A stretch of 64,000 nt of DNA from Bacillota bacterium (GTDB lineage: Bacteria; Bacillota; Limnochordia; DTU087): assembly GCA_012798955.1 (NCBI GenBank), contig JAAZMF010000131.1, forward strand, positions 104 to 64,103. Direction: 5' to 3'. Position 1 is the stretch's first letter. The number at the start of each line of letters is the position of its first letter. The notes beneath the pieces were generated by a model that did not search any database, was not told where the DNA came from, and worked only from the letters and a program-made list of their open reading frames with translations. This document shows, one piece after another, positions 1-11,533 of this stretch. Both the position numbers and the translations under genes were made by a program.

Positions 1-1
1 C

Positions 2-874
2 ATAGTTGCCAATCGGAAAGGCAGTGCCAATTACGAGCGGGCGGTGGCCAATGGATTTACCCCGGTAAGTGCAGCCGAGGCCGCAGCCAATGCTGATGTG
101 GTGCAGATACTAGTGCCTGACGAAGTGGCCGCAAAGGTATATTACGAGGAAATAGCACCCCACATGAGTGAAGGCAAGGCATTAGCCTTCTCCCATGGCT
201 TCAATATCCACTATGGTCAGATCGTGCCCCCCAAAGATATCGATGTCTTCATGGTGGCACCGAAAAGCCCGGGCCATCTTGTGCGGCGCATGTATGTAGA
301 TGGCAAGGGAGTACCTGCTTTGCTCGCTGTGCATCAGGACTATACTGGCCAAGCTCGGCAGCGGGGTCTGGCTTATGCTAGGGGTATTGGCTCCACCCGG
401 GCTGGTGTGATTGAAACCACCTTTAGAGAAGAGACTGAAACCGATCTATTTGGGGAGCAGGTGGTCCTATGTGGTGGTGTGACTGAACTTGTGCGGGCTG
501 GTTTTGACACCCTAGTTGAAGCCGGATACCAGCCGGAAGTCGCCTATTTCGAATGCCTGCATGAGCTTAAACTAATCGTTGATCTAATGTATGAGGGCGG
601 TATAGCTGGCATGCGCTATTCCATTAGTGATACTGCAGAGTACGGTGATTTGGTCACAGGCCCCCGGATTATCACTGATAAGACTCGGGCTGAAATGCAA
701 GAGGTACTCAAGGAAGTGCAGAACGGCGATTTTGCCCGTAACTGGATTCTGGAAAATCAGGCTCGGCGGCCAGCCTTTAATGCCATGCGCACCAAGCAAG
801 CTGAACACCCCATCGAAGTAGTAGGGCGCAAACTTAGGGCCATGATGCCTTGGATATCCAATGAGAGCGAGTGA
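2..874 (+). CDS. ilvC: Ketol-acid reductoisomerase, C-terminal ~290 aa (5' end lies outside the window)
   Basis: The frame is open from the window edge ([19 protein letters not shown]...). The translation carries class I KARI hallmarks ([29 protein letters not shown]). Stop TGA at 872-874. Confidence 0.9.
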   Translation: MVANRKGSANYERAVANGFTPVSAAEAAANADVVQILVPDEVAAKVYYEEIAPHMSEGKALAFSHGFNIHYGQIVPPKDIDVFMVAPKSPGHLVRRMYVDGKGVPALLAVHQDYTGQARQRGLAYARGIGSTRAGVIETTFREETETDLFGEQVVLCGGVTELVRAGFDTLVEAGYQPEVAYFECLHELKLIVDLMYEGGIAGMRYSISDTAEYGDLVTGPRIITDKTRAEMQEVLKEVQNGDFARNWILENQARRPAFNAMRTKQAEHPIEVVGRKLRAMMPWISNESE

Positions 875-963
875 TTTCGGTAGGGCTAGATAGACCTAGG
901 TAGCTCTAGGTAGAACTGGACAATACCGGTATCAACTCGGATCAAGTTTAAGGAGGGCTGAAC

Positions 964-2511
964 ATGTCAAGGGTCTATATCTTTGATACAACACTTCGGG
1001 ATGGTGAGCAGACCCCTGGAATTAGTCTAAACGTTGAAGAAAAATTGGAGATAGCTAGGCAGCTTGCCAAGCTTCAAGTAGATGTGATCGAGGCAGGCTT
1101 TCCCATAGCATCACCGGGGGATTTTGCAGCAACAGCGGCCATTGCCGCGGAGATTCAAGGGCCGGTGATTGCGGCATTAGCCCGGGCAACTGTTAAGGAT
1201 ATAGAAGCGGCGGCTGCGGCCCTCCAAGAAGCTAAGAATCCGTTGATTCATACTTTTATCGCTACATCTCCCATTCACATGGAGTACAAGCTCCGTAAGC
1301 AGCCTGCAGAGGTGCTCCGCATGGTAGAGGAAGCGGTGAAGGGTGCCCGTCAGTTTGTCGATGATGTGGAGTTTTCCGCAGAAGATGCCACCCGCAGCGA
1401 CTTGGTCTTTCTGGCCGAAGTGGTTAGCACGGCAATCGCAGCCGGCGCCACCAGGATCAATGTCCCCGATACTGTGGGATACACAACTCCTGGAGAATAT
1501 CGCAGACTGATTAGATACCTTAAGGAGCATGTGGCTGGCATAGATGGGATTCAGCTTAGTGTGCATTGCCACAATGACTTAGGCATGGCGGTGGCCAATT
1601 CCTTGGCTGCATTAGAAGCTGGTGCTACTCAGGTTGAGTGCACCATCAATGGTCTTGGGGAAAGGGCCGGAAATGCTTCCCTGGAGGAGATCGTCATGGC
1701 CTTGGCTACCCGTCAAGATACCTATGGGCTCCATACAGAAATTGTGACTGAACATATCTATCGGACTAGTCATCTAGTCAGTGCCCTTACCGGTGTACCT
1801 GTCCAACCCAACAAGGCCATTGTTGGGAATAATGCCTTTGCCCATGAATCGGGGATTCATCAAGACGGATTCTTGAAAGCAAGGTCTACCTATGAGATCA
1901 TGACGCCTCAATCTATTGGGCTGCATCAAAGCCGCCTAGTTCTGGGCAAACATTCAGGCCGCCACGCGTTCCGGGAAAAGCTTAAGGAGCTAGGCTATAA
2001 TCTCAGTGAGCAAGATACCGAGCAGGCTTTCCAGAGATTCATTGCCCTGGCAGACAAGAAAAAGGAAGTATCTGATCGTGACTTAGATGCATTGCTCAAA
2101 GAAGAGTTAGTGGCAATCCCGGAAAGCTTTACTCTAGACTATATTCACATTTCCAGTGGCAATCAGACGGTGCCTACAGCTACTGTCCGCTTGACTCGAG
2201 GTGAGAGGGGGATAGCTGAGGCCGCCTGTGGTAGTGGCCCTGTCGATGCCGTTTATCGGGCCATTGATCGGGCTAGTGGTATCCCGGTTCAACTAGAGAG
2301 TTATGCACTGCAAGCGGTGACGGGAGGCAAAGATGCCTTAGGTGAGGTAACAGTGCGCATCTCTGACAATGGCTCAAGCTATACAGGGCGGGGCATTAGT
2401 ACAGACATAATAGAAGCCAGTGCCAGGGCTTACGTCCATGCCCTCAATAAGTTGGTATATCAAAAGGGTCCAGACTCCAAAAATGTGGCCCGGCAGGAAG
2501 GGGATGTATAA
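964..2511 (+). CDS. leuA: 2-isopropylmalate synthase
   Basis: 515 aa. N-terminal [14 protein letters not shown] and [21 protein letters not shown] motifs of the HMGL-like/LeuA family, plus a C-terminal LeuA allosteric domain. AGGAGG RBS at 951-956. Confidence 0.9.
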   Translation: MSRVYIFDTTLRDGEQTPGISLNVEEKLEIARQLAKLQVDVIEAGFPIASPGDFAATAAIAAEIQGPVIAALARATVKDIEAAAAALQEAKNPLIHTFIATSPIHMEYKLRKQPAEVLRMVEEAVKGARQFVDDVEFSAEDATRSDLVFLAEVVSTAIAAGATRINVPDTVGYTTPGEYRRLIRYLKEHVAGIDGIQLSVHCHNDLGMAVANSLAALEAGATQVECTINGLGERAGNASLEEIVMALATRQDTYGLHTEIVTEHIYRTSHLVSALTGVPVQPNKAIVGNNAFAHESGIHQDGFLKARSTYEIMTPQSIGLHQSRLVLGKHSGRHAFREKLKELGYNLSEQDTEQAFQRFIALADKKKEVSDRDLDALLKEELVAIPESFTLDYIHISSGNQTVPTATVRLTRGERGIAEAACGSGPVDAVYRAIDRASGIPVQLESYALQAVTGGKDALGEVTVRISDNGSSYTGRGISTDIIEASARAYVHALNKLVYQKGPDSKNVARQEGDV

Positions 2512-2514
2512 GGT

Positions 2515-3795
2515 ATGGGAATGACCATTACAGAGAAGATCTTAGCTGATCATACCGGCAAAGATAAGGTGAGGGCCGGTGAGTTAATTAATGCACAAGT
2601 AGATATGGTTTTGGGAAATGACGTGACAGCACCCCTGGCCATTCAGGAGTTTGAGCGTATTGGGGTCGAGACTGTGTTTGACCCAGACAAGATTGCCCTT
2701 GTGCCCGATCACTTCACACCCAACAAAGATATTAAATCCGCGGAGCAAGCCAAGATTATGCGGGAGTTTGCTAAGCGCCATGCCATTGCTCACTATTTTG
2801 AGGTAGGCCGCATGGGTATTGAGCATTGCTTACTTCCGGAACTGGGCCTTGTCATGCCCGGTGATGTAGTAATTGGCGCCGATTCCCATACATGCACATA
2901 TGGAGCTTTGGGAGCCTTTGCCACCGGAGTAGGTAGCACCGATATGGCTGCTGCCATGGCCACCGGTGAAGCTTGGTTTCGAGTGCCCGAGACTATTCTG
3001 TTTGTTTATCATGGTCAGTTCACCCCTTGGGTAAGTGGCAAGGACCTCATCTTATATACCATCGGTCAGATTGGGGTAGATGGTGCCCGCTACATGGCCA
3101 TGGAATTCACCGGTGAGGCCATTAGGGGTCTTTCCCAAGATGCCCGCTTCACAATGGCCAATATGGCCATAGAAGCCGGAGCCAAGAACGGCATATTTAT
3201 CCCCGATGCTATTACCGAAGATTATGTGCGAACACGGGCTATGCGCCCCTATAAATTCTATACCAGTGATCCCGACGCTAACTATGCCCAGGTGGTGGAG
3301 ATCGATGTAAGTCAGATCGAACCTCAAGTTGCTTTTCCCCATTTACCGGAGAATGCCAGGGGTATTAGCGGGGTAGGTGAGGTGGCCATAGATCAGGTTG
3401 TCATCGGCTCTTGTACCAATGGCCGCATTGAAGATTTGCGCATAGCGGCTTCCATCCTGTCCGGTAAGCAGGTAGCCCCGGATGTAAGACTGATTATCTT
3501 ACCAGGGACCCAGGCCATCTACCTTGAGGCTCTGCAGGAAGGACTCATTGAGACGTTTGTTACCGCTGGAGCTGCTGTGAGCACCCCCACATGTGGCCCT
3601 TGCTTAGGTGGCCATATGGGCATTTTGGCTAAGGGTGAGCGGGCCCTAGCTACCACGAATCGGAATTTTGTGGGGCGGATGGGGCATCCCGAGAGTGAGG
3701 TTTATCTAAGTGGTCCGGCAGTGGCCGCAGCCTCTGCCATCACCGGCTATATTACGTCTCCTGAAGTATTCGCAGGGAAGGGGTCGAGGGCATGA
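2515..3795 (+). CDS. leuC: 3-isopropylmalate (and probably citramalate) dehydratase large subunit, short aconitase-family type
   Basis: 426 aa. Aconitase-family motifs ([39 protein letters not shown] Fe-S ligands). Sits between leuA and leuD. Confidence 0.9.
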   Translation: MGMTITEKILADHTGKDKVRAGELINAQVDMVLGNDVTAPLAIQEFERIGVETVFDPDKIALVPDHFTPNKDIKSAEQAKIMREFAKRHAIAHYFEVGRMGIEHCLLPELGLVMPGDVVIGADSHTCTYGALGAFATGVGSTDMAAAMATGEAWFRVPETILFVYHGQFTPWVSGKDLILYTIGQIGVDGARYMAMEFTGEAIRGLSQDARFTMANMAIEAGAKNGIFIPDAITEDYVRTRAMRPYKFYTSDPDANYAQVVEIDVSQIEPQVAFPHLPENARGISGVGEVAIDQVVIGSCTNGRIEDLRIAASILSGKQVAPDVRLIILPGTQAIYLEALQEGLIETFVTAGAAVSTPTCGPCLGGHMGILAKGERALATTNRNFVGRMGHPESEVYLSGPAVAAASAITGYITSPEVFAGKGSRA

Positions 3796-4295
3796 ACTAT
3801 CTAAAAGGAAGGGCTTGGGTGTTTGGCGATGATATCGATACTGATGCCATTATACCGGCACGGTACTTGACTACTCAAGATCCAAAGGACTTGGCACTTC
3901 ATTGTATGGAAGATGCCGATCCCCATTTTGCCGGCAAAGTCCAGGCAGGGGATATTATCGTCGGGGGTAAGAACTTTGGCTGTGGCAGCTCCCGTGAACA
4001 TGCACCCATTGCCATTCGGGCAGCCGGTATCAGCTGTGTCGTCGCTCAGTCCTTTGCACGTATCTTTTATCGCAATGCCATCAATATTGGACTTCCCATT
4101 GTCGAATGTCCCGCTGCGGCCAAGGCTGCTAGGGAAGGTGACGTTTTGTCGGTGGATCTAGCCCGGGGGGTCGTGGAGAATTTGACCTTGGGTGAGACCT
4201 ACAAGGCGGTGGCTTTCCCTGAATTCATGCAAGAGATTATTCAGTCCGGCGGGCTCATCGGTTTTGTCCGACAAGGGCTTGGGGAGGAGGGGTAA
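3792..4295 (+). CDS. leuD: 3-isopropylmalate dehydratase small subunit
   Basis: 167 aa. Aconitase swivel-domain motifs ([14 protein letters not shown]). ATGA overlap with the leuC stop. Confidence 0.9.
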   Translation: MNYLKGRAWVFGDDIDTDAIIPARYLTTQDPKDLALHCMEDADPHFAGKVQAGDIIVGGKNFGCGSSREHAPIAIRAAGISCVVAQSFARIFYRNAINIGLPIVECPAAAKAAREGDVLSVDLARGVVENLTLGETYKAVAFPEFMQEIIQSGGLIGFVRQGLGEEG

Positions 4296-4296
4296 T

Positions 4297-5391
4297 ATGG
4301 TCAAAATTGTTTTGCTACCTGGTGATGGTATCGGACCTGAGATTATGCAAGAAGCTGTGAAAGTGCTGGAAGCTGTAGGCCAAGTCGAGGGCATTAGCTT
4401 TGAATGGGAGACAGCCGATATGGGTGGCATTGCCATTGATAAGCACGGCCTCCCCTTACCCGAAGCCACCCTTAAGGCTTGTCGCAACTCCCATGGAGTT
4501 CTACTTGGGGCAGTAGGTGGCCCCAAATGGGATGACTTGCCCGGTGACTTGCGGCCTGAAGCGGGGCTTTTGGGAATCAGGCGGGAACTTGGCCTATTTG
4601 CCAATTTGAGGCCAGCCAAAGTCTTTGGCTCGCTGGAAGCGGCCTCAAGCTTAAAGCAAGAGGTAGTGGCAGGTATAGATGTTCTTGTTGTGCGGGAGTT
4701 GACAGGCGGCTTGTATTTTGGTCGCCCTCGTTTCCGGGAGGCACTACCTGAAGGTGGTATGCGGGCCGTTGACACGCTAGAATACACCTCTATGGAAATT
4801 GAGCGCATTGCCCGGGTGGCATTTGAGGCGGCCATGGTACGGCAGCGGAAGGTTACATCAGTTGATAAATCCAATATCCTGGAATCCTCTAGATTGTGGC
4901 GGGAAGTTGTAAATCAAGTGGCCAAGGAGTTCCCGGATGTAGAGCTAAATCACATGTTTGTGGATAATTGCGCTATGCAGCTTTTGCGGGATCCCAAGCA
5001 GTTTGATGTAATTGTGACCACTAACATGTTCGGCGATATCCTAAGTGATGAGGCCGCCATGCTTACTGGTTCTTTGGGTATGTTGCCTTCTGCCAGTATC
5101 GGGGGAAAGGTGGGGCTCTACGAGCCAGTGCATGGTTCTGCACCCCTGATTGCGGGGCAGGATATTGCCAATCCCTTGGCCATGATCTTGTCTTGTGCCA
5201 TGCTTTTGCAGTATTCCTTGGGAAGACCTCGGGCAAGTCGCCGAGTGGAACAGGCTGTAGAGGCCGTACTGGAGGCTGGTTACCGGACCGGGGATATCTG
5301 GCAAGAGGGCTACAACAGGGTAGGTACTAAGGCCATGGGTGATTTGGTCGCCAGGGCCATCCTAGAGGGAGGCGCGTATGGCAAAAGTTGA
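4297..5391 (+). CDS. leuB: 3-isopropylmalate dehydrogenase
   Basis: The ORF track starts at 4192, but the homologous N-terminus [16 protein letters not shown] begins at ATG 4297. That ATG lies just after the leuD stop (4293-4295) and a GGGGAGGAGGGG RBS. Isocitrate/isopropylmalate dehydrogenase motifs are present ([25 protein letters not shown]). Confidence 0.9.
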   Translation: MVKIVLLPGDGIGPEIMQEAVKVLEAVGQVEGISFEWETADMGGIAIDKHGLPLPEATLKACRNSHGVLLGAVGGPKWDDLPGDLRPEAGLLGIRRELGLFANLRPAKVFGSLEAASSLKQEVVAGIDVLVVRELTGGLYFGRPRFREALPEGGMRAVDTLEYTSMEIERIARVAFEAAMVRQRKVTSVDKSNILESSRLWREVVNQVAKEFPDVELNHMFVDNCAMQLLRDPKQFDVIVTTNMFGDILSDEAAMLTGSLGMLPSASIGGKVGLYEPVHGSAPLIAGQDIANPLAMILSCAMLLQYSLGRPRASRRVEQAVEAVLEAGYRTGDIWQEGYNRVGTKAMGDLVARAILEGGAYGKS

Positions 5392-6955
5392 AATATATGA
5401 TACGACCTTGCGGGATGGGGCTCAGGGGGAAGGTATTTCGTTTTCCGTAGAAGACAAACTGAAGATCGCTCGGCGCCTAGATCAGATGGGATTTGACTAT
5501 ATCGAAGGTGGCTGGCCAGGCTCTAACCCAAAGGACAATGAGTTTTTCCAGAGGGCGAGAAAGATCAAGTGGCAGCATGCCAAACTTGCTGCCTTTGGGA
5601 GCACAAGGCGGGCTGGTACCAAGGCCTCGGAAGATGCAAATCTGCAGACGATTTTGGATGCCGGGGTTAAGGTGGCAGCCATCGTAGGAAAGTCCTGGGA
5701 TTTTCATGTGACTAATGCCTTGCAGACTACCCTGGCAGAGAATCTTGCCATGGTATCTGACAGCATAGCCTTTCTCTCGGCCCACGGCCTTGAGGTGGTC
5801 TTCGATGCCGAGCATTTCTTTGATGGATATAAGGCCAACCCTGCCTATGCCCTGAAAGTGTTAGAGACGGCGGCCAAAGCCGGTGCCCGAGTGGTAGTGC
5901 TTTGCGATACCAATGGAGGCACTCTGCCTTGGGAGATTGAGGTAGCCACCCAGGCAGCGGTTAAAGCCGTAGATGTGAGGGTTGGTGTGCATATACACAA
6001 CGACGCCGGCCTTGCCGTAGCCAATAGCCTTGTAGCCATCAATGCCGGGGCAACCCATGTGCAAGGCACAGTTAATGGGTATGGAGAGCGCTGTGGTAAT
6101 GCAGATCTTTGTAGCGTGATTCCTAATCTGCAGTTAAAGGCCCATAAGGAGTGCCTAAGCAAAGCAAATCTGGAGCAACTTACTCGGTTATCCAATTATG
6201 TTAGTGAGTTAGCCAATCAGATACCCAACGATAAACAACCCTTCGTGGGCAAGAGTGTGTTTTCCCACAAGGGTGGACTCCATGTTAGTGCTCTCATGAA
6301 GCACCCCGAGACCTATGAGCACATTGAACCGGAGTTAGTAGGCAATCGGCGGCGGGTCTTGATCTCTGAGCTGTCCGGTGCCAGTAATATTGCCTATAAG
6401 GCCAAGGAATATGATATTGATCTAGAACACGGCTCACCGGCTCTGAGGAGTGTAGTCGAAGTAATCAAAGATCTAGAGTACCAAGGCTACCATTTTGAGG
6501 GAGCGGAAGCTTCTTTTGAGATCATGCTGAAGAAGTCCCTAGGCCTATATACCCCCTTTTTTGATCTAGAAGGCCTTAGGGTAATTATTGAAAAGCGGCA
6601 GGGAGAAGCAGAGCCCATTACTGAAGCAACTGTGAAGGTACAGGTGGGCGATTTGACTTCCCATACAGTGGCCGAAGGCAATGGACCAGTCAATGCTTTA
6701 GATAATGCCTTGCGCAAAGCTTTGGAAGAGGCCTATCCTCAAGTGCAGAATATCAGGCTTACAGATTATAAAGTTCGAGTGCTAAATGAGCGGCGAGGGA
6801 CGGAAGCGAAGGTTAGGGTGCTGATCGAATCCACCGATGGAGTGCAGACCTGGGGTACTGTGGGCGTATCCACAAACTTGATTGAAGCAAGTTGGCGAGC
6901 CCTTGTAGATAGTATAGAATACGGGCTCATGCGGATGCCTGTAATTGCATCCTAA
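5378..6955 (+). CDS. cimA: (R)-citramalate synthase (LeuA paralogue, CimA type)
   Basis: 525 aa. N-terminal [27 protein letters not shown] and [12 protein letters not shown] are typical of the CimA clade rather than LeuA. It has a C-terminal LeuA-dimer-like domain. Overlaps the leuB stop by 14 nt. Confidence 0.75.
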   Translation: MAKVEIYDTTLRDGAQGEGISFSVEDKLKIARRLDQMGFDYIEGGWPGSNPKDNEFFQRARKIKWQHAKLAAFGSTRRAGTKASEDANLQTILDAGVKVAAIVGKSWDFHVTNALQTTLAENLAMVSDSIAFLSAHGLEVVFDAEHFFDGYKANPAYALKVLETAAKAGARVVVLCDTNGGTLPWEIEVATQAAVKAVDVRVGVHIHNDAGLAVANSLVAINAGATHVQGTVNGYGERCGNADLCSVIPNLQLKAHKECLSKANLEQLTRLSNYVSELANQIPNDKQPFVGKSVFSHKGGLHVSALMKHPETYEHIEPELVGNRRRVLISELSGASNIAYKAKEYDIDLEHGSPALRSVVEVIKDLEYQGYHFEGAEASFEIMLKKSLGLYTPFFDLEGLRVIIEKRQGEAEPITEATVKVQVGDLTSHTVAEGNGPVNALDNALRKALEEAYPQVQNIRLTDYKVRVLNERRGTEAKVRVLIESTDGVQTWGTVGVSTNLIEASWRALVDSIEYGLMRMPVIAS

Positions 6956-7013
6956 AGCACCAAATATGGTTGTCCTGTTTTCGTCTGTCCGTCTGTCTAG
7001 CTCAATGTCTTTC

Positions 7014-7044
7014 AGGGGCGCCCTCAAGGGCGCTCTTGCCTTTC
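7014..7044 (+). terminator. Rho-independent terminator after cimA
   Basis: Hairpin with GC core GCGCCC(7018-7023)-TCAA-GGGCGC(7028-7033), extendable with wobble pairs to about 10 bp. A T-rich tract CTTGCCTTTC follows. Confidence 0.6.
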
Positions 7045-7147
7045 TGGCATAGTAGTTCTCTTCCCTTAGTATGATGAATAAAGATGTGGGCGGGGGAAGT
7101 CCGCCTTGCTCCAAAAGAGAAGTGGGGTACGGGGAGGGGTTGAGACT

Positions 7148-8185
7148 ATGGCCAAATTGGAGCCAAGATCACCGGGAAGGCGAGTGTTTGCCATTGCCTT
7201 TTTTGGTTTGCTAATGCTTTTCATGCTATGTGGGAGATGGGTTGAGTTGGCGGCGGCGACAGATACCACAGAATCTCCTTTGGACATCTACCAAGCCCGG
7301 CGATACACGGAAATTGATGAACCCATGGATAGAACCGGCAGATTGGGTGATGCCGGTTGCGAATCAGATCGATTGTTGTATCTTGCAGATCCCCCCATGG
7401 CCGGGGAGGATGTTAGAGAGCTACAGTACGGTTTGCAGCGTTTGGGGCTTTATGGAGACCCGATTTCCGGCAAGTTCGATCGCTTACTGATGCAGGCTGT
7501 TCGAAGTTTTCAACGCCAGCATTCTCTAAAGGCTGATGGGGTGGTAGGAGAGTGCACCTGGCAGGCTTTGTCAGATGATTTCCCAATTCCTGTGATTGAG
7601 GGGGTGGAGTCAATTCCAGAAGGGGAACGGGAAATCACTATCGATGTCGCCCGTCGCCAATTGACCGTATACATCGATGGCAAGGAGTTTCGGAGGTTTG
7701 CTGTAGCAGTGGGGCTAAGCAAGACACCTAGCCCCATTGGCGAGTTCCGTATTGTCCATAAGAGCATGAACTGGGGAGGCGGGTTTGGTACTCGCTGGCT
7801 GGGACTTAATGTTCCTTGGGGCATTTACGGTATTCATGGTACCAACAAACCGTGGTCAATTGGGACTATGGCTAGTGGTGGCTGCATTCGTATGTTTAAT
7901 AGCCATGTGGAATACCTTTACCGGATTATACCTGAGGGGACTTTGGTGCGTATGGTGGGTCGTGACTCTGATCCTGTGACTAGGCACCTGAAACCAGGAA
8001 GCTATGGCCAGGATGTAATCACCCTGCAATTGGCTTTGAAGGAACGGGGCTGTGATTGCGGCCTTGCCGATGGCCGTTATGGTGAGCAGACTCAAGAGGC
8101 TGTCAAGGAAGTGCAAAAAGACTATGGCATGTTGCCAGATGGTTTGGGATGGCCCGATGTCTACTTAGTCCTGGGGGTGAAATAA
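7148..8185 (+). CDS. L,D-transpeptidase (YkuD domain) flanked by two peptidoglycan-binding domains, with an N-terminal membrane anchor
   Basis: Catalytic motif HGT...SGGCIRM. Two PG_binding_1-like repeats (VRELQYGLQRLGLY...DGVVG and VITLQLALKERG...DGRYGEQT). Hydrophobic N-terminus. ATG 7148 is preferred over the track start 7106 because a GGGGAGGGG RBS lies 8 nt upstream. Confidence 0.8.
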   Translation: MAKLEPRSPGRRVFAIAFFGLLMLFMLCGRWVELAAATDTTESPLDIYQARRYTEIDEPMDRTGRLGDAGCESDRLLYLADPPMAGEDVRELQYGLQRLGLYGDPISGKFDRLLMQAVRSFQRQHSLKADGVVGECTWQALSDDFPIPVIEGVESIPEGEREITIDVARRQLTVYIDGKEFRRFAVAVGLSKTPSPIGEFRIVHKSMNWGGGFGTRWLGLNVPWGIYGIHGTNKPWSIGTMASGGCIRMFNSHVEYLYRIIPEGTLVRMVGRDSDPVTRHLKPGSYGQDVITLQLALKERGCDCGLADGRYGEQTQEAVKEVQKDYGMLPDGLGWPDVYLVLGVK

Positions 8186-9624
8186 TGGGGGCCCGAAAAA
8201 TTGCTGTTACCGTAGGTATATTCTTATTGGTGGCAGTTGGTATTGGTAGTTGGCAATGGTGGAGGTGGCAACATCCCCAGCTTCTGCTTGATCCCAATGC
8301 CATAATCGATGAAAACCGTACATATGATTTGGAGATTTGGGTAGAGATAGGCGATGGGTTAGTTGTCGCGCCTCCTTTGGATGATAGGATTTGGTCAGAG
8401 ATCATCACCGCCTTTCAATCTACATACCCTAACACGCAAGTTTTTTTTAAGCCTATAGAACGGGTGAATTTGCCCCAGGCTATGAAGACGGCTTTAGGTC
8501 AGGGTCGGCCCCCCCATATTTTATTGGAAAGCAGTGAATGGTTTGCTCCTTGGTCTGATCTGCAGTTACCCATAGATCGGTTTCTGCCTCCAGAAGCACG
8601 GGACAACTATTTCCAAGGTGCATTGGCAAAGGTCACTCTTCAGGAAGGAACTATGGCATGGCCTAGCCTTGTCATGCCTCGGGTATGGGTCGCCAATGGC
8701 CAAATGTGGAATAGGCTCGGTGCTGCCGCGCCTTCCCATGGGCTTAGCATAGGTGAGGGCTTGACGTGGACTGATGCTAGCTGGCGTGACCTTAAGGAAG
8801 GACTGAAGACTATAAAGCTACCTCAGCCGGCCATCGCCTTACAAAAGGGTAGCCCTGACACCCTAGTTCAGATCTTGGTGGCCGCAAGTAAAGGCTTGGT
8901 TAGCTCTACTGGGGAGCTGTTAGTCACGGAGGCTCTAATTCAGGATGTACTCAATGAATACCAAGCCCAGCAGGAGGATAAATTCATTAGTTTGGTTCAA
9001 GGTACATTGTTGACGGATTTCCTATCGGGGAGACGGGGGATAATCGGCCCGGTGGGCATTTGGTTCTGGTCCCTTGGGGAAAATGCCAAAGGGCGTGGGT
9101 ACCGATCGGTAAAGATCCCCGAAGATACTGTGCTAGTACCGGCCCCCGGGGGGGCTGGGCAAGGGGGGTATCTAGGTGGGTCAATGGTGCAAGTAGCTGT
9201 CTTTCGCCATCGACGCTTCCAAGGCCAAGCCCATGCTCGTCTAACCATGGAGTTAGCTAGGGAGCTAAGTGGGAAAATAGCGTTGGAGATGGGTAGGCAG
9301 CGACTGGGGGTTCCTGCCGACAAAACCCTTATAGATGAATGGCGGGTGGCCACCGAGCTGGACATTGGGCAAAGGGAAAATCTGATGGCGGTTCTAGAGA
9401 GTGCTGTAGGCCTGGAACCTTTGCCACTTAAGTGGCATGGGGCGAGGAGACGATTAATCGAAGAGATACTGGAGCCTGTTTTAGATGATTATGTAAATGG
9501 GCGCAGTGCAGGGGAATTGATCGGCGGCAACTTGCCAGAGAATCTTCCGGGCAAACTCATCCAGGCCATGGAGCGCTTACTAGAAGGTGTTCGTGGTGAA
9601 TCTCCGCAGGGAAAGCGACGCTAA
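8185..9624 (+). CDS. Membrane-anchored protein resembling an extracellular solute-binding protein (family 1), with no transporter partner nearby
   Basis: Start ATG 8185 overlaps the upstream stop (TAATG). One N-terminal TM helix (IAVTVGIFLLVAVGIG). The pattern YDLEIW...ITAFQSTYPNTQVFFKPIE...MKTALGQGRPPHILL resembles the SBP_bac_1 N-lobe. No permease or ATPase genes are adjacent. Confidence 0.45.
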   Translation: MGARKIAVTVGIFLLVAVGIGSWQWWRWQHPQLLLDPNAIIDENRTYDLEIWVEIGDGLVVAPPLDDRIWSEIITAFQSTYPNTQVFFKPIERVNLPQAMKTALGQGRPPHILLESSEWFAPWSDLQLPIDRFLPPEARDNYFQGALAKVTLQEGTMAWPSLVMPRVWVANGQMWNRLGAAAPSHGLSIGEGLTWTDASWRDLKEGLKTIKLPQPAIALQKGSPDTLVQILVAASKGLVSSTGELLVTEALIQDVLNEYQAQQEDKFISLVQGTLLTDFLSGRRGIIGPVGIWFWSLGENAKGRGYRSVKIPEDTVLVPAPGGAGQGGYLGGSMVQVAVFRHRRFQGQAHARLTMELARELSGKIALEMGRQRLGVPADKTLIDEWRVATELDIGQRENLMAVLESAVGLEPLPLKWHGARRRLIEEILEPVLDDYVNGRSAGELIGGNLPENLPGKLIQAMERLLEGVRGESPQGKRR

Positions 9625-9684
9625 TCTAGAATAAACCAATGATTGAAGCATAGATGGGCAGGCTAGATACAGTAGGTGATATTA

Positions 9685-11088
9685 GTGACGAGGTTGTTTG
9701 GAACTGATGGCGTGCGGGGCATAGCCAATGAGGTGTTGACACCGGAGCTGGCCTATGCCCTTGGGCGCTATGGCGCGTCTGTATTACTAAAGGATAGCTC
9801 ATCTTCCCGCCCACGGGTGTTGGTGGGTCGGGATACTCGTATCTCGGGACAAATGCTAGAAGCTGCGCTTACCGCCGGGATTACCTCAGTGGGGGCTGAT
9901 GTCTTGCAGCTTGGGGTAATACCTACCCCAGGGGTGGCCTATTTGACCAGGGCATGGCAAGGGGATGCTGGTGTCATGATCTCGGCATCCCACAATCCCG
10001 CCCCTGATAATGGTATCAAGTTCTTTTCCCGACACGGTTTTAAGCTAGAAGATGATGTAGAAGATGAGATCGAAGCGCTGATACTTAGTGCTGCCAATGG
10101 GAGCGGCTTATTCACCGGCAGGGAGCAGTTGCTATCTGGATCATGGAGTGATGGTGTATTACGGCCTACTGGCAAGGATGTTGGTCGTGTGGAAGCCCGT
10201 AACGACGCTACCCTTGCCTATGGAGAGTTTCTCAAGGGGACAATTGCCCTCAGCCTTGCAGGATTAAAAGTTGTCGTTGACTCAGGTCATGGAGCCGCGT
10301 ATCAGGTGACACCAACCATTTTGCAGGAATTGGGTGCCACAGTTATTAGCTGTTACGATGAGCCCGATGGACTTAATATCAATGTGGGCTGTGGTTCCAC
10401 CCATCCGGAGGCATTGGCAACGGCCGTTGTGTATCACGGGGCCGATATAGGTCTCGCCCACGATGGGGATGCTGATCGCCTGATCGTCGTAGATGAGCAG
10501 GGTAATGTGTTAGACGGAGACTATATCCTAACCATTTGTGGGCTGCATCTATTAAGGCAAGGGCGTCTAGCCCAGAATCGTTTGGCGGTAACTGTCTATA
10601 GCAATCTAGGGGTGCGGGCAGCCTTTCGCAATGCCGGTGGTGATGTAGTAGTTACTCCCAATGGCGATCGATATGTGCTTGAGGCGATGCGGGGTGGTGG
10701 CCTGAATCTGGGCGGCGAGCAATCAGGTCACATTATCTTCCTAGATCATAATACGACAGGAGACGGGGTACTCACAGCCTTGCAGCTCCTTGCAGTTATG
10801 CAAGCCGAATCCAAGCCATTATCGGTATTGGCTAGCCAATTACAAAAATACCCCCAGGTCTTGATCAACGTGCCTGTAAGGGATAAACGTGATTGGGAGG
10901 AGAACAAGTCCATCCAAGTAGCCATTGCGGCGGCAACAGAGCGTTTGGGCGAGCACGGTCGGATTTTCGTGCGTGCATCAGGTACCGAGCCCTTGATTCG
11001 GGTCATGGTGGAGGGGCCAAGCCAGAAGACTGTGTGTCATATCGCCGAGGACGTTGCCGAGACGATCAAGATGGAAATTGGCGATTAG
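9685..11088 (+). CDS. glmM: Phosphoglucosamine mutase
   Basis: Has LFGTDGVRG, the phosphoserine loop GVMISASHNPAPDNGIKFF, the metal loop HDGDADR and GEQSGH. The probable start is GTG 9685, 5 nt after AGGTGA (9674-9679). The track start is 9676. Confidence 0.9.
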   Translation: MTRLFGTDGVRGIANEVLTPELAYALGRYGASVLLKDSSSSRPRVLVGRDTRISGQMLEAALTAGITSVGADVLQLGVIPTPGVAYLTRAWQGDAGVMISASHNPAPDNGIKFFSRHGFKLEDDVEDEIEALILSAANGSGLFTGREQLLSGSWSDGVLRPTGKDVGRVEARNDATLAYGEFLKGTIALSLAGLKVVVDSGHGAAYQVTPTILQELGATVISCYDEPDGLNINVGCGSTHPEALATAVVYHGADIGLAHDGDADRLIVVDEQGNVLDGDYILTICGLHLLRQGRLAQNRLAVTVYSNLGVRAAFRNAGGDVVVTPNGDRYVLEAMRGGGLNLGGEQSGHIIFLDHNTTGDGVLTALQLLAVMQAESKPLSVLASQLQKYPQVLINVPVRDKRDWEENKSIQVAIAAATERLGEHGRIFVRASGTEPLIRVMVEGPSQKTVCHIAEDVAETIKMEIGD

Positions 11089-11107
11089 GGGGATGGGGGG
11101 CGGATCG

Positions 11108-11533
11108 ATGATTGTTGGTCTGGGGACTGATATTATTGAGATACAAAGAGTGGCTGATACCTGGGCTAGAAAAGGGCAAAGATTTCTCAATCGAGTTTAT
11201 ACCCCCACTGAGCAAGAGCACTGCTTGCGGGGGGGAACCATTGCCCAAAAGGAGAAATTGGCTGCCCGTTTTGCCGCAAAGGAAGCTGTTATGAAGGCCC
11301 TTGGCACCGGCTGGCGGCAAGGTGTGCGTTGGCGAGATATTGAGATTCGGCATAAACCTACAGGCCAACCATATGTGCTCCTATGGGGGACTACCCTGGA
11401 GATCGCCAAGACCCTGGGGATTGGATCTATTCACATCTCTCTCACCCATAATAACCATCACGCGGTAGCGACTGCCATAGCTGTGGGGCCTTTGGGGGGT
11501 GCCGTTTCATATGAAGCTACTAACCGCCGCTGA
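11108..11533 (+). CDS. acpS: Holo-[acyl-carrier-protein] synthase
   Basis: The homologous N-terminus MIVGLGTDIIEIQR begins at ATG 11108. Has the ACPS family motif FAAKEAVMKALG. The track ORF starts further upstream at 11054. Confidence 0.85.
   Translation: MIVGLGTDIIEIQRVADTWARKGQRFLNRVYTPTEQEHCLRGGTIAQKEKLAARFAAKEAVMKALGTGWRQGVRWRDIEIRHKPTGQPYVLLWGTTLEIAKTLGIGSIHISLTHNNHHAVATAIAVGPLGGAVSYEATNRR

Noticed and set aside
4158-4874. 238-aa ORF on the minus strand, overlapping leuD and leuB.
   Set aside because: It is antisense to two well-supported genes. The translation is Ser/Pro/Arg/Thr-rich and low in complexity, which is typical of the reverse frame of a coding region. It has no RBS and no recognisable motifs.
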